This document shows positions 7,666 to 17,278 of a stretch of DNA of 64,000 bases, piece after piece. The translations under genes and the position numbers were made by a program. The notes beneath the pieces were generated by a model. It ran no database searches and had not been told where the DNA came from. It saw only the letters and a program-made list of their open reading frames with translations. Where the stretch lies: positions 21,866 to 85,865 of the forward strand of contig DASZXB010000073.1 of the NCBI GenBank assembly GCA_035546095.1. Direction: 5' to 3'. The DNA is from Verrucomicrobiia bacterium (GTDB taxonomy: Bacteria > Verrucomicrobiota > Verrucomicrobiia > Limisphaerales > UBA11358). Numbering within the stretch: the first letter of the stretch is position 1; each line of letters opens with the position of its first letter.

Positions 7666-9375
7666 TCACTTCATCAACGCCAGCACCGTTTCAATCGCGT
7701 TTTCAATTTTCACGGATTGCAATGCGGCGTTGCGCGGTTTGATTTCGACTTCGCCTTTGGCCAGCGATTTTTCGCCAAGCGCAATGCGAATGGGAAAACC
7801 GACTAAATCAGCGTCTTTGAATTTTACGCCGGGACGTTCGTCACGGTCGTCGAGAATCACGTCAATGCCTTTGGCGGTGAGTTCGGCGTAAAATTTTTCC
7901 GCGAGTTTCATCGCTTCGCTTTCGGGCGCGACGGTAAGCGGCGTGATGCAGACTTGATACGGCGCGACGCTCAACGGCCAGATGACACCGTCCTTGTCGT
8001 TGCACTGTTCGATGACGGCTTGCAGCGTGCGCGTGACGCCGATGCCGTAACAGCCCATGACACCAAATTTGCGCTGGCCGTCCACATCCAGAAATGTTGC
8101 GTTCAATTTCTCGCTGTATTTCGTGCCGAGTTTGAAAACGTGACCGACTTCAATCGCGCGACGAATTTTCAACGGCTTGCCGCATTTCACGCAAGGTTCG
8201 CCCGCCGCGACGGTTCGCAAATCGTGCCACGCGGAAACTTTAATGTCGCGTTCGATGGAGACATTTTTGAAATGGAATCCGTCTTCGTTCGCGCCGGTCG
8301 TCATGTCGTTCGCGCCTTGCAATCGTTCATCGGCATAAACTTTCACGTCCACCGGAACATTTTTCACCGCGCCAAGCGAACCGGGTTTTGCGCCGAGCAG
8401 AGGAACAATTTCTTCCGCCGTCGCAGGACGAACCGCCGTTGCGCCGGTTTTCGCCAGCAATTTTGTTTCGTTCAACTGGTCGTCACCGCGCATCAAAATG
8501 ATAATCGGTTTGGAATCCGCGATATAAACGAGTGTTTTGATTTGGCGATTGGCGGGAACTTTGTAAGGTTCTTTTGACAGCGCTTCAATTGTGACGACGC
8601 CGGGCGTGGCAAATTTTTCAATCGCCGCGCTGATTTCGCGCACCGCCGTTTTGGGAATGCCGCTCGTCGCTTTTTCGATGTTCGCCGCGTAGCCGCACGC
8701 TTCGCAAAAGACGACTTCGTTTTCGCCGGTCTCGGCGGGAACCATGAATTCGTGCGAATAATTGCCGCCGATGACGCCGGTGTCGGCCTCGACGGGAAAC
8801 GCCTTCAAGCCGCAGCGCGCGAAAATGCGCGTGTAAGCGTCATACATTTTTTGGTAACTCGCCATCGCACCTTCGTCCGAGGCGTCGAACGAATAGGCGT
8901 CTTTCATGATGAATTCCTTCGCGCGCATGAGGCCGAAGCGTGGGCGGATTTCATCGCGGAATTTCGTGCTGACTTGATAAAAATTTTTCGGCAACTGACG
9001 GTAGGAATTGATTTCGTTCGCCGCGAGCGTGGTGATGACTTCCTCGGCGGTGGGACTCAAAAACCATTCGCGCTGCGCGCCGTCTTTGACTTTGAACAAA
9101 ACGTCCTTGGCGGTTTCGGCGCGTCCGCTTTGCTCCCAAATTTCCTTCGGTTGCAACGCGGGCATGAGGACTTCGATTGCGCCCGCGCGGTTCATTTCTT
9201 CGCGGATGATTTGCTCCACTTTGCGCAACGCGCGCAAGCCGGGCGGCAGAAAAGTATAAACGCCGCCGGCCAATTTGCGGATGAGTCCGGCACGCAACAA
9301 TAATTTGTGCGATAAAATTTCTGCGTCCGCCGGAGCTTCGCGGAGGGTTGGAATCAAGGTTTGCGTCCACTTCAT
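7666..9375 (-). CDS. proS: proline--tRNA ligase
   Basis: Full-length class II ProRS: 'LLLRAGLIRKLAGGVYTFLPPGLRALRKVEQIIREEM', an INS editing domain and an anticodon-binding C-terminus. Confidence 0.95.
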   Translation of the reverse strand: MKWTQTLIPTLREAPADAEILSHKLLLRAGLIRKLAGGVYTFLPPGLRALRKVEQIIREEMNRAGAIEVLMPALQPKEIWEQSGRAETAKDVLFKVKDGAQREWFLSPTAEEVITTLAANEINSYRQLPKNFYQVSTKFRDEIRPRFGLMRAKEFIMKDAYSFDASDEGAMASYQKMYDAYTRIFARCGLKAFPVEADTGVIGGNYSHEFMVPAETGENEVVFCEACGYAANIEKATSGIPKTAVREISAAIEKFATPGVVTIEALSKEPYKVPANRQIKTLVYIADSKPIIILMRGDDQLNETKLLAKTGATAVRPATAEEIVPLLGAKPGSLGAVKNVPVDVKVYADERLQGANDMTTGANEDGFHFKNVSIERDIKVSAWHDLRTVAAGEPCVKCGKPLKIRRAIEVGHVFKLGTKYSEKLNATFLDVDGQRKFGVMGCYGIGVTRTLQAVIEQCNDKDGVIWPLSVAPYQVCITPLTVAPESEAMKLAEKFYAELTAKGIDVILDDRDERPGVKFKDADLVGFPIRIALGEKSLAKGEVEIKPRNAALQSVKIENAIETVLALMK

Positions 9376-9445
9376 GCGGCGGACAGATTAACCACAAAAT
9401 TCCGTGGACACGAAGAATTTAATTTTGTCGGTGAATAAGACGCTG

Positions 9446-9474
9446 TTGCGGACGGTCGTTTTTCCAATTATATT
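9446..9474 (+). promoter_or_regulatory. sigma70-like promoter candidate (TTGCGG-17 nt-TATATT)
   Basis: The -10 hexamer ends 7 nt before ATG 9482, which would give a leaderless or near-leaderless transcript. This is a sequence match only. Confidence 0.3.
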
Positions 9475-9481
9475 TGCACGA

Positions 9482-9613
9482 ATGAATCGGCTGACGAGAC
9501 AGGAGCAATTGTTTCTCTGTGTCGTTCTGGGATTGTTGCTGACGGGTTGGGCGGTGAAAGCGTATCGCACCGCGCATCCGCCGTCGGCGGCGGTTCAATC
9601 GGCCAAGCCTTAA
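9482..9613 (+). CDS. 43-aa single-TM protein (hypothetical)
   Basis: 'LFLCVVLGLLLTGWAV' is a TM helix. The stop lies 2 nt before the ATG of the next gene, suggesting translational coupling. Confidence 0.4.
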   Translation: MNRLTRQEQLFLCVVLGLLLTGWAVKAYRTAHPPSAAVQSAKP

Positions 9614-9615
9614 AG

Positions 9616-10035
9616 ATGCAAGAAGTCAATTTCGACGAGGCGCTGGATAAAATTCTGGCAAGGGATTCGCGTTTTTCGCGCGAGGCTTATTTTTTTCTGC
9701 GCGAGGCGCTGGATTTCACCCAAAAAATCATCGCCAAGGAAAATCGCGAGCAAGTCCGCCACATCAGTGGACAGGAATTGCTCGACGGCATCCGGCAATA
9801 CGCGCTGCAACAATTCGGCCCGATGGCCGCGATGGTTTTGGCGGAATGGGGCGTGACCAATTGCCGCGACTTCGGCAACATTGTCTTCAACATGGTGGAG
9901 ATCGGCCTGCTCGCCAAAACCGAAAAGGACAGCCGTGAAGATTTTGAAAACGGCTATAATTTCACCGATGCTTTTCGCAAACCTTTTTTGCCGCAGAACA
10001 AATCGAATCTGGAAGCGAAACCCGTCGTGAATTAA
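9616..10035 (+). CDS. Minf_1886-like protein (Planctomycetes/Verrucomicrobia-restricted family)
   Basis: 'FSREAYFFLREALDFTQK...RHISGQELLDGIRQYALQQFGPMAAMVLAEWGV..CRDFGNIVFNMVEIGLL.KTE.DSREDF' matches my recollection of that family. Confidence 0.55.
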   Translation: MQEVNFDEALDKILARDSRFSREAYFFLREALDFTQKIIAKENREQVRHISGQELLDGIRQYALQQFGPMAAMVLAEWGVTNCRDFGNIVFNMVEIGLLAKTEKDSREDFENGYNFTDAFRKPFLPQNKSNLEAKPVVN

Positions 10036-10105
10036 AACCGTCGGCGCAGATTCAAAATGACTTGCGTTCGCCATTTCAATTTTTACGATAACATTTCCGG
10101 CGCAG

Positions 10106-10912
10106 ATGAAAAAATACTGGCACGCCTTCACCATCGGCATACAAAACAACCTGACGTATCGCTTCAATTACCTGACGCGGACGCTGTTCAGTTTCATCCC
10201 GCTCTTCGCCATGCTGTCGCTCTGGCGCACGGTTTATGGAAGCAACAACGGCGCAAATGCCCACGCGGGTTACACGCAGGCACAAATGATTTTTTATTAC
10301 CTGCTCGTCGCCGTCGTGGACGTGATGACGGCGGTCAACGAAGACGACTGGCAAATCGCCGCCGACATCCGCGAAGGCAATATCAGCCAGTTTCTGCTCA
10401 AACCGATTGATTATCTGTGGTATCGGCTGTGCTTATTTTTTTCCGGTCGCATCGCGTTCATTTCCATGGCAGCGATTCCGCTGGCGATTTTCATTTTCTG
10501 CTTTCGCGCCTATTTCGTTCCGCCCGTCAATGAAACGGCGTTCATCGTTTTTCCTGTTTCACTACTGCTGACGGCGCTGCTGCAATTTTTCATTTCCTAC
10601 GCGATGGCCATGCTCGCGTTCTGGCTGCTGGAAATCTCAACGTTCATTTTCATCCTGTTCGCGTTTGAATACATCGCCAGCGGCCATCTGTTTCCGCTCG
10701 CGCTGCTGCCCGCGCCGGCCTATCACGCACTCCTGTTCACGCCGTTTCCGTATCAAATGTATTTTCCCATCACGATTTACATGGGCAAAGTTTCTGGCGT
10801 CCAACTCTGGCATGGTTTGTTGATACAATTGCTTTGGGTGTTTGCAGCTTATGCGCTCGCGCGTTTCATGTGGGGGCGCGGCATCAAAAAATATTCCGCG
10901 TTCGGTGGCTAA
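10106..10912 (+). CDS. ABC-2 type transporter permease (COG4587/COG3694-like)
   Basis: Six-TM profile and an N-terminus 'FTIGIQNNLTYRFNYLTRTLF' typical of this permease family. There is no adjacent ATPase gene. Confidence 0.6.
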   Translation: MKKYWHAFTIGIQNNLTYRFNYLTRTLFSFIPLFAMLSLWRTVYGSNNGANAHAGYTQAQMIFYYLLVAVVDVMTAVNEDDWQIAADIREGNISQFLLKPIDYLWYRLCLFFSGRIAFISMAAIPLAIFIFCFRAYFVPPVNETAFIVFPVSLLLTALLQFFISYAMAMLAFWLLEISTFIFILFAFEYIASGHLFPLALLPAPAYHALLFTPFPYQMYFPITIYMGKVSGVQLWHGLLIQLLWVFAAYALARFMWGRGIKKYSAFGG

Positions 10913-10928
10913 AAACGGGAAATTAAAA

Positions 10929-11555
10929 TCATCTTCGCAAAAATTTCGCCACCGCTTCCGTGCGCGTTCGCACCTGCAATTTTTCATAGATACGGCGAAT
11001 GTAGGTGTGGACGGTTTCGTAGCTGATGTCGAGTTTGTCCGCGATTTCCTTGTACATCAATCCCTGACTCAACAGGTCAAGCACCTGCTGTTCGCGGTCG
11101 GAAAGGTTTTCGGCGGCGGTCGGCGGCGCGGGCGCGCGTTGAAACGATTGCACGACTTTGCGCGCGATGTGCGTCGTCATCGGCGAACCGCCGCGCTGCA
11201 CTTCCTGAACCGCTTCGAGCAATTCCTTTGACGTTGTGCGTTTGAGCAGATAACCGCTCGCGCCCGCCGCCAGTGCATCGAAAATGTTTTCCGTGTCTTC
11301 ATAAACCGTGAGCATCATCACCTGAATCTGCGGCGCGATTTTTTTCAATTGCCGGACGCACTCGACGCCGTTGATGCCGGGCAAATTGATGTCCATCAGC
11401 ACCACGTCCGGTTTGATCTGCGGTAAATCTTTCAACGCGTCTTCGGCATTGGCGTATTGGCTCACACAACGAAAACCGGCGGCGCGCTCCAGCACACGCG
11501 CAAGGGTTTCGCGCAATTTATCGTTGTCTTCGACGATGGAAACGTTGATGGCCAT
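10929..11555 (-). CDS. NarL/LuxR-family response regulator
   Basis: REC domain ('VVLMDINLPGINGVE') plus a LuxR helix-turn-helix ('LSDREQQVLDLLSQGLMYKEIADKL'). Confidence 0.9.
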   Translation of the reverse strand: MAINVSIVEDNDKLRETLARVLERAAGFRCVSQYANAEDALKDLPQIKPDVVLMDINLPGINGVECVRQLKKIAPQIQVMMLTVYEDTENIFDALAAGASGYLLKRTTSKELLEAVQEVQRGGSPMTTHIARKVVQSFQRAPAPPTAAENLSDREQQVLDLLSQGLMYKEIADKLDISYETVHTYIRRIYEKLQVRTRTEAVAKFLRR

Positions 11556-11556
11556 T

Positions 11557-14500
11557 TTATTTTTTAATCAACGGAATTTTCAGGCGCACGACGGTTCCGC
11601 CATTTGCGCCGGCGGCAATGGAAAATTCTCCGCGAATGTCTTCCATGCGTTTGCGCATATTTTTCAATCCATTGCGTGAACTTTTTTGGGCTTCGTCCAG
11701 ATTTGGAATTCCGCGCCCATTGTCTTCGATTTCCAAAATAAAATTCTCCGGCGACAAACGCAATCGAATCCACGCCTCGGTCGCCTGCGCGTGTTTGACG
11801 ACGTTGTTGACGGATTCCTTGAACGCGAGAAAGGCGTTGTGGCGGACTTCCGGCGGAATCGGCGTCGCGGGCAATTGCGCGGACGCGTCCACGCGATAGC
11901 GCAATCCAGCCAGCGCGAAATACTCTTGTGCGTATTTGCAGGCGTAATTGACCAAGCCTTCGAGCGTATCGTTGGCCGGATTGACCGCCCAGACGATTTC
12001 ATCAAGCGAACGAGTCGTCTCGCGCGCAGTTTGCGAGATCTGTTTCGCGTGCGATTCGATTTCGTCCGGCAAATGTTTATCGGCTTCGGCCATTTCTCCG
12101 AGCAGCGCGACTTGCGTTAGATTCGCGCCCAACTGGTCGTGCAAATCGCGCGCGATACGGGAACGCTCTTTTTCCAACGCCTCGCGTTGCCGAAGCGATT
12201 GTAATTGGCGCTGCAATTTTTGCGTGGAAATATAACGCACCAAAGCGACGGCCAATGCGCCCAGAATCATCACCACCATCACGCGGAACGACGACGTTTG
12301 CCAGAATTGCGGTTGCACCGTGATTTCAAGCGTTTTGCCGGTTTCATTCCAAACACCGTCCTCATTTTCAGCCGTGACATGAAAATGATATTGTCCGGGC
12401 GGCAAATTGCTGTAACGCGCCAATCGCGTGTCGCCAGCGTCCGTCCAATGCGCGTCACGACCTTCCAACCGGTATTTGAAACGCACGGCGTTCGGCGCGG
12501 AAAAATTCAAGGCCGTGTAATCAATTTCCAACTGCTCGCGTCCGGGCGGAACAGTGACAAGTTCCGACCATATTGAATTCAGCGAATTGGTCTTTTGCTC
12601 GCGGCCATCCACCAAAACCGACTCGATGAAAATCGCCGGCGGCCGCGAATTTGATTTGAGTTCGACTGGATTCAGCAACGCCAATCCTTTGGTTGTCGGG
12701 AAAACCAAATTCCCATCCGTCATGCGGGCAACGGCGGGTTGTGAACCGCTAGAACATTCGCGCGTCGGTAATCCGTCCGCCTCGTTGAAAACGCGGCAGA
12801 AAAATGAATTGGCTTCTCCGTCGGCAAATTCATTCAACGATTTTACGGCGATGCGCATCAATCCCGCGTTTGAGCCAATCCACAAATTCCCTTCCACGTC
12901 TTCAAACAGATAATTGATGCAATTACTGGCCAAGCCGTCATCGGTCGAATAGCGTGTCCATTTGCCGTTCTCAAATCGGGCGAGGCCGTGACCGGCAGTG
13001 CCAACCCACAAAACATTTTCGTCGTCCGCCAAAAGGCACGAAATGTCGTCGCCGGGCAAGCCGTTTTCGGACGTGCGATAAGAAATAAATTCTCCACCAT
13101 GAAAATGGTTTAACCCGCGCGCTTCTGTGCCAATCCAAAAATCGCCATTCGTATCCTGCGCGATGGCGCGAATTGTATTATCGGATAAACCGTCGCGCGT
13201 CGTGAACATTTTCCAGCTTTGGCCGTCGTAATTCGCCAGGCCGTTTTGCGTTCCCACCCAGATTTTTCCATCGTGATCTTCAAACAACGCGAAAATTTGC
13301 GGGCCGAGGATTTCAGCGCCCGAAGGCGGAACAAATTGATCAGCTTGTAACTGGAAAAGCCCTTCGTTGCGTGTGCCCGCCCAAATCCGCTGCTTTGAAT
13401 CCACCAACACCGTCCACGCGTTTGAACTGCGCCCGATACTGAAATTCTGAACGGCATTCGTGAGCCAGTAAGAAATACCGGACGCGTTGAACGTTGTCCA
13501 CAATCCGTCTTTCGTGTCGCTGGCAACAGATTGCGCGACCCAGGGTTGCAAATTTTTTGGCAAATTGAAGAGTTTCCGTTTAATCCTGTTCAATCCGCCG
13601 CCGTCCGTTCCCGCCCAGATATTTCCAGCTTGATCCGCGCATAACGAAAGGACACTGGCGTGGGACAATCCCTGATTGGTGGAAATTTGTTCGCAGCCGC
13701 CATTGGCGTCGTACCAAAAAACGCCCGCGCCGAGCGTCCCGACGACCAGATTGCCATTTTGGTCTTCACACGTACAGGTGGCAATTGCATTTGTCCACGG
13801 ATATGATCCAAAATCTTTTATCGGATGATTGGCGTCCCATTTTTGCACGCGCCCATCCGCCAATCGCCAGGTGCCACCACTTTGACTCGCCAAAATGAAA
13901 TCAAATTTCTGCACGCGAAAAACCGGATTGACGGCCAGACTCGGCGGATTGAAATTCGTGGGCAAAAAAGAAAATGTTCCCCAGTCTTCACCAACCCAAA
14001 TCAAGCCGGATTTATCGGCGGTGATAGTTCGACAAATCGCCGGTGAAGGCAGATTGAAGTTCATCACTTCCATTTTTCCATTTTGAAACCGCGCCAGTCG
14101 CGCATTCGCCGTGTAAAACCAGACGCCGCCGGTTGAATCTTCACAGCCGGAAACGATTCGTCCTTCATGCCCGCCGCCGGCAATCGTGAAATTCTGCGAC
14201 TTTCCGTTTTGCATCAAAATCAAATTGCCCGTGTCCGTTCCAACCCAAAAATTGGTCCGGCTGCCTTCAAATAAAAACACGATGCGGTCGCTGCTTAAGC
14301 CGGGCGTGTTGTTTTCGTCAAAAACGGTGAAATGAATTCCATCAAAGCGCACCAGACCGTTGAGCGTTCCGAGCCAGAGATAGCCGTCATGCGTTTGGAT
14401 CACCGAAATGACCGAGCTTTGCGGCAACCCTTGTTCCGTGCTCCATGAATTGACGATGAATGGCGAATCCGACGCTTTCGCAACGCCGATGAAAATGCAA

Positions 14501-14592
14501 ACGCAAACACAAATCAGCCAACTGGCGAATTGAAATTGTCTTTCGGCCTTTGTTGTGTTCGGTTTTCGCGCCATTTGAGATATTTTGGCCAA
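11557..14592 (-). CDS. sensor histidine kinase with beta-propeller/Y_Y_Y periplasmic sensor, HisKA_3 and HATPase_c domains
   Basis: Repeated 'LWxGTxxGL' propeller blades, 'FKYRLEG.D..W' (Y_Y_Y), 'ERSRIARDLHDQLGANL' (HisKA_3 H-box) and 'IEDNGRGI' (G1 box). Confidence 0.9.
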   Translation of the reverse strand: MAKISQMARKPNTTKAERQFQFASWLICVCVCIFIGVAKASDSPFIVNSWSTEQGLPQSSVISVIQTHDGYLWLGTLNGLVRFDGIHFTVFDENNTPGLSSDRIVFLFEGSRTNFWVGTDTGNLILMQNGKSQNFTIAGGGHEGRIVSGCEDSTGGVWFYTANARLARFQNGKMEVMNFNLPSPAICRTITADKSGLIWVGEDWGTFSFLPTNFNPPSLAVNPVFRVQKFDFILASQSGGTWRLADGRVQKWDANHPIKDFGSYPWTNAIATCTCEDQNGNLVVGTLGAGVFWYDANGGCEQISTNQGLSHASVLSLCADQAGNIWAGTDGGGLNRIKRKLFNLPKNLQPWVAQSVASDTKDGLWTTFNASGISYWLTNAVQNFSIGRSSNAWTVLVDSKQRIWAGTRNEGLFQLQADQFVPPSGAEILGPQIFALFEDHDGKIWVGTQNGLANYDGQSWKMFTTRDGLSDNTIRAIAQDTNGDFWIGTEARGLNHFHGGEFISYRTSENGLPGDDISCLLADDENVLWVGTAGHGLARFENGKWTRYSTDDGLASNCINYLFEDVEGNLWIGSNAGLMRIAVKSLNEFADGEANSFFCRVFNEADGLPTRECSSGSQPAVARMTDGNLVFPTTKGLALLNPVELKSNSRPPAIFIESVLVDGREQKTNSLNSIWSELVTVPPGREQLEIDYTALNFSAPNAVRFKYRLEGRDAHWTDAGDTRLARYSNLPPGQYHFHVTAENEDGVWNETGKTLEITVQPQFWQTSSFRVMVVMILGALAVALVRYISTQKLQRQLQSLRQREALEKERSRIARDLHDQLGANLTQVALLGEMAEADKHLPDEIESHAKQISQTARETTRSLDEIVWAVNPANDTLEGLVNYACKYAQEYFALAGLRYRVDASAQLPATPIPPEVRHNAFLAFKESVNNVVKHAQATEAWIRLRLSPENFILEIEDNGRGIPNLDEAQKSSRNGLKNMRKRMEDIRGEFSIAAGANGGTVVRLKIPLIKK

Positions 14593-14694
14593 GATAAAAG
14601 GTTCGGAGCGAAGAAGGAATTTTTTTCTAAAAATTACTTGCCGTGACCGCGCGATGGGCTAGCTTTTCCTTGCCCAATGAGAACTGGGCGTTCA

Positions 14695-14750
14695 GGCGGG
14701 CGATGGCGGTGAAAACGTGTGTGACCGTCGCGCCCGCCGAACTTTTTGAT
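14695..14750 (+). terminator. terminator-like GC hairpin plus T-run with no upstream plus-strand gene
   Basis: GGCGGGCGATGGCGGT / ACCGTCGCGCCCGCC form the stem, followed by GAACTTTTTGATTT. It lies ~70 nt upstream of the M20 peptidase ATG. Confidence 0.35.
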
Positions 14751-14816
14751 TTCCTTGTTTCAAAATTTCTGACAGTTCTGCTTGGCAAATGCCCGCGCAC
14801 CGTTTAGCTAGAAGCT

Positions 14817-16187
14817 ATGCAAGTTGTTTTGAACTACCTCAAACACAATCAAGCGCGCTTTGTCGCCGAACTTTGTGAATTTCTAAAATTCCCCAGCGTG
14901 TCCGCGCAGCCGCAGCACAAACAGGATTTGTGGAATTGCGCCGAATGGCTGGCGAACCATTGCCGCCAAATCGGACTTGAAGCGAAAGTTTGCGCGACCG
15001 ATGGACATCCAATTGTTCTGGCCAAAACACCGCGTGAAAAAAATTCGCGCAAACCGCACTTCATGGTTTATGGCCATTACGACGTGCAACCGCCCGAACC
15101 GCTTGATTTGTGGAAATCGCCGCCGTTCGAGCCGCGCATCGAAGGCCGTTCCATTTTTGCGCGCGGCACGACCGATAACAAAGGCCAGCACTTCGCGCAT
15201 TTGAAAGCGGTTGAGGCGTATTTGAAAACCGGAACTCCCCTGCCCTGCGATTTGACGTTCGTGATTGAAGGCGAAGAAGAAGTCGGCAGCAAACATCTCG
15301 CGGAATTTTTGAAAGCGAATCGCGCCGAATTGAATTGCAACGCGGTGGTCGTTTCCGACACCGGAATGCCGGACAAAAATCATCCCGCGCTCACTTACGC
15401 GCTGCGCGGCATCATCGCTTTTGAAATCACGCTGCACGGGCCGTCGCGCGATCTACATTCCGGCATTTTTGGCGGCGCGGTGGACAATCCGGCAATGGCG
15501 CTGGCGCAATTGCTCGCCCAATTGCGCAACAAAAATGGACGCATTACGATTCCACATTTTTACGACGACGTTGCGCCGCTTTCCAATTACGAACGCAAAG
15601 AATTCAAACGCTTGCCGACTAACGACCGCAAATTACAAAAATTGCTCGGCGTGAAAAAATTATTTGGCGAACGCGGATTCACGCCGACCGAACAACGCAG
15701 CGCACGACCGACGTTTGAAATCAACGGTTTGACGAGCGGTTATCAAGGCGAAGGCAGCAAAACAATTGTTCCCGCTTTAGCAAAAGCGAAAATCACTTGC
15801 CGTCTCGTGCCGAATCAAAATCCGTCGCGTATCCGCAAAGTCGTTTGCGACTATTTGAAGAAAATTTGTCCGCCGACCTGCCAACTAGAAATCGAAGCCG
15901 GTCATGGCGCGGAAGCGTATTTGGTTTCGCCGACAAGTTCGCACGCACAGGCGGCGTTACGCGCGCTGGAAAAAGCGTTCAACCGAAAGCCGGTTTTGTT
16001 GCGCGAAGGCGGTTCGATTCCGATTGTCAACGATTTCAAAAAAGTGCTCGGCGCAGACACGTTGTTGCTTGGCCTCGGCTTGCCAGAAGACAACGCACAT
16101 TCGCCGAACGAGAAATTTGATTTGGATTGCTTCGAGAACGGCCAGCGCATGAGCGCGCTGCTATGGCAGGAATTGAGCCGCGCCTAA
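14817..16187 (+). CDS. M20 family metallo-dipeptidase
   Basis: 'MVYGHYDVQP', 'RGTTDNKG' and 'EGEEEVGS' are the M20/M25/M40 metal-binding blocks. Confidence 0.85.
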   Translation: MQVVLNYLKHNQARFVAELCEFLKFPSVSAQPQHKQDLWNCAEWLANHCRQIGLEAKVCATDGHPIVLAKTPREKNSRKPHFMVYGHYDVQPPEPLDLWKSPPFEPRIEGRSIFARGTTDNKGQHFAHLKAVEAYLKTGTPLPCDLTFVIEGEEEVGSKHLAEFLKANRAELNCNAVVVSDTGMPDKNHPALTYALRGIIAFEITLHGPSRDLHSGIFGGAVDNPAMALAQLLAQLRNKNGRITIPHFYDDVAPLSNYERKEFKRLPTNDRKLQKLLGVKKLFGERGFTPTEQRSARPTFEINGLTSGYQGEGSKTIVPALAKAKITCRLVPNQNPSRIRKVVCDYLKKICPPTCQLEIEAGHGAEAYLVSPTSSHAQAALRALEKAFNRKPVLLREGGSIPIVNDFKKVLGADTLLLGLGLPEDNAHSPNEKFDLDCFENGQRMSALLWQELSRA

Positions 16188-16910
16188 ATGAACGACGATT
16201 CACCGCCAGTTTTTTTGACTGCCGAATGGCGTCATTTGGCGATGTTGAATTATGAGATTGACCCAAAAATTCTCGCGCCATTTGTTCCCGACGGAACGGA
16301 ACTGGATTTTTGGAACGGCAAAACCTTCGTCAGTGTCGTCGGATTTCTCTTTCAAAAAACTCGCGTTTGCGGAATTCCAATTCCATTTCATCGCAATTTT
16401 GAAGAAGTGAATTTGCGTTTTTATGTTCGCCGCAAAGCCGAGGATGGTTGGCGGCGCGCCGTCGTTTTCATCAAGGAAATCGTTCCGCGATTTGCCATCG
16501 CATTTGCCGCGCGTGCCATTTACAACGAACCTTACATCGCCCTGCCAATGTCGCATCAGATTGAACCGGATTCGAGTGCGACGGCTTATTTCTGGCGATT
16601 CAAAGGGAACGAAAACGTTCTGAAAATCATTACACGCGGCCAGCCACAAATCCCGGTTGAAGGTTCGCAACCGGAATTCATCGCGGAACATTATTGGGGC
16701 TACACGGCGCAATACGATGGCTCGACCCTCGAATATCGTGTCGAGCATCCGCGCTGGCGCATTTGGGATTCCCAGTCGGCGGAGTTGCATTGTGACGTCG
16801 CCGCGCTTTATGGCAAATCATTTTCGGAAACGTTCAGCCATCTGCCGTCATCTGCATTTCTGGCGGAAGGTTCGCCGGTGAAAGTGTATAAAGGAATCAG
16901 ACTCAAATGA
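16188..16910 (+). CDS. DUF2071 family protein
   Basis: 'FLTAEWRHLAMLNYEIDP..L.PFVP.GTELD...G..FVSVVGF.F' is typical of DUF2071. The ATG directly follows the upstream stop. Confidence 0.75.
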   Translation: MNDDSPPVFLTAEWRHLAMLNYEIDPKILAPFVPDGTELDFWNGKTFVSVVGFLFQKTRVCGIPIPFHRNFEEVNLRFYVRRKAEDGWRRAVVFIKEIVPRFAIAFAARAIYNEPYIALPMSHQIEPDSSATAYFWRFKGNENVLKIITRGQPQIPVEGSQPEFIAEHYWGYTAQYDGSTLEYRVEHPRWRIWDSQSAELHCDVAALYGKSFSETFSHLPSSAFLAEGSPVKVYKGIRLK

Positions 16911-17278
16911 TGAGCGGCAAACCAAAAGGCTGGATTCTTTACGACGATTCCTGCGGCATTTGTCGGCGCTGGGTTCCGTTCTGGCAAAACGCCCTGCTCA
17001 AGCGCGGCTTTGAAATCGCGCCGTTGCAAGCCGATTGGGTCAGAGGGAAATTGCGGCTGGATGAAAATGAACTCCTGCGGGATTTGCGTCTGCTTCTGGC
17101 CGATGGCAAACAAATTCAAGGCGCGGACGTTTATCGTTATGCGATGAAGCGCATTTGGTGGGCGTGGCCGGTCTATTTATTTTCAATCGCTCCGCTTTGC
17201 CGGAACATTTTCGATTGGAGTTACAAAAATTTCGCCGCGCATCGCCATGAAATTTCGCGCGCCTGCAAAATCACTTGA
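16907..17278 (+). CDS. DCC-family thiol-disulfide oxidoreductase (DUF393)
   Basis: DxxCxxC motif 'YDDSCGICRRW'. ATGA overlap with the upstream gene. Confidence 0.7.
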   Translation: MMSGKPKGWILYDDSCGICRRWVPFWQNALLKRGFEIAPLQADWVRGKLRLDENELLRDLRLLLADGKQIQGADVYRYAMKRIWWAWPVYLFSIAPLCRNIFDWSYKNFAAHRHEISRACKIT

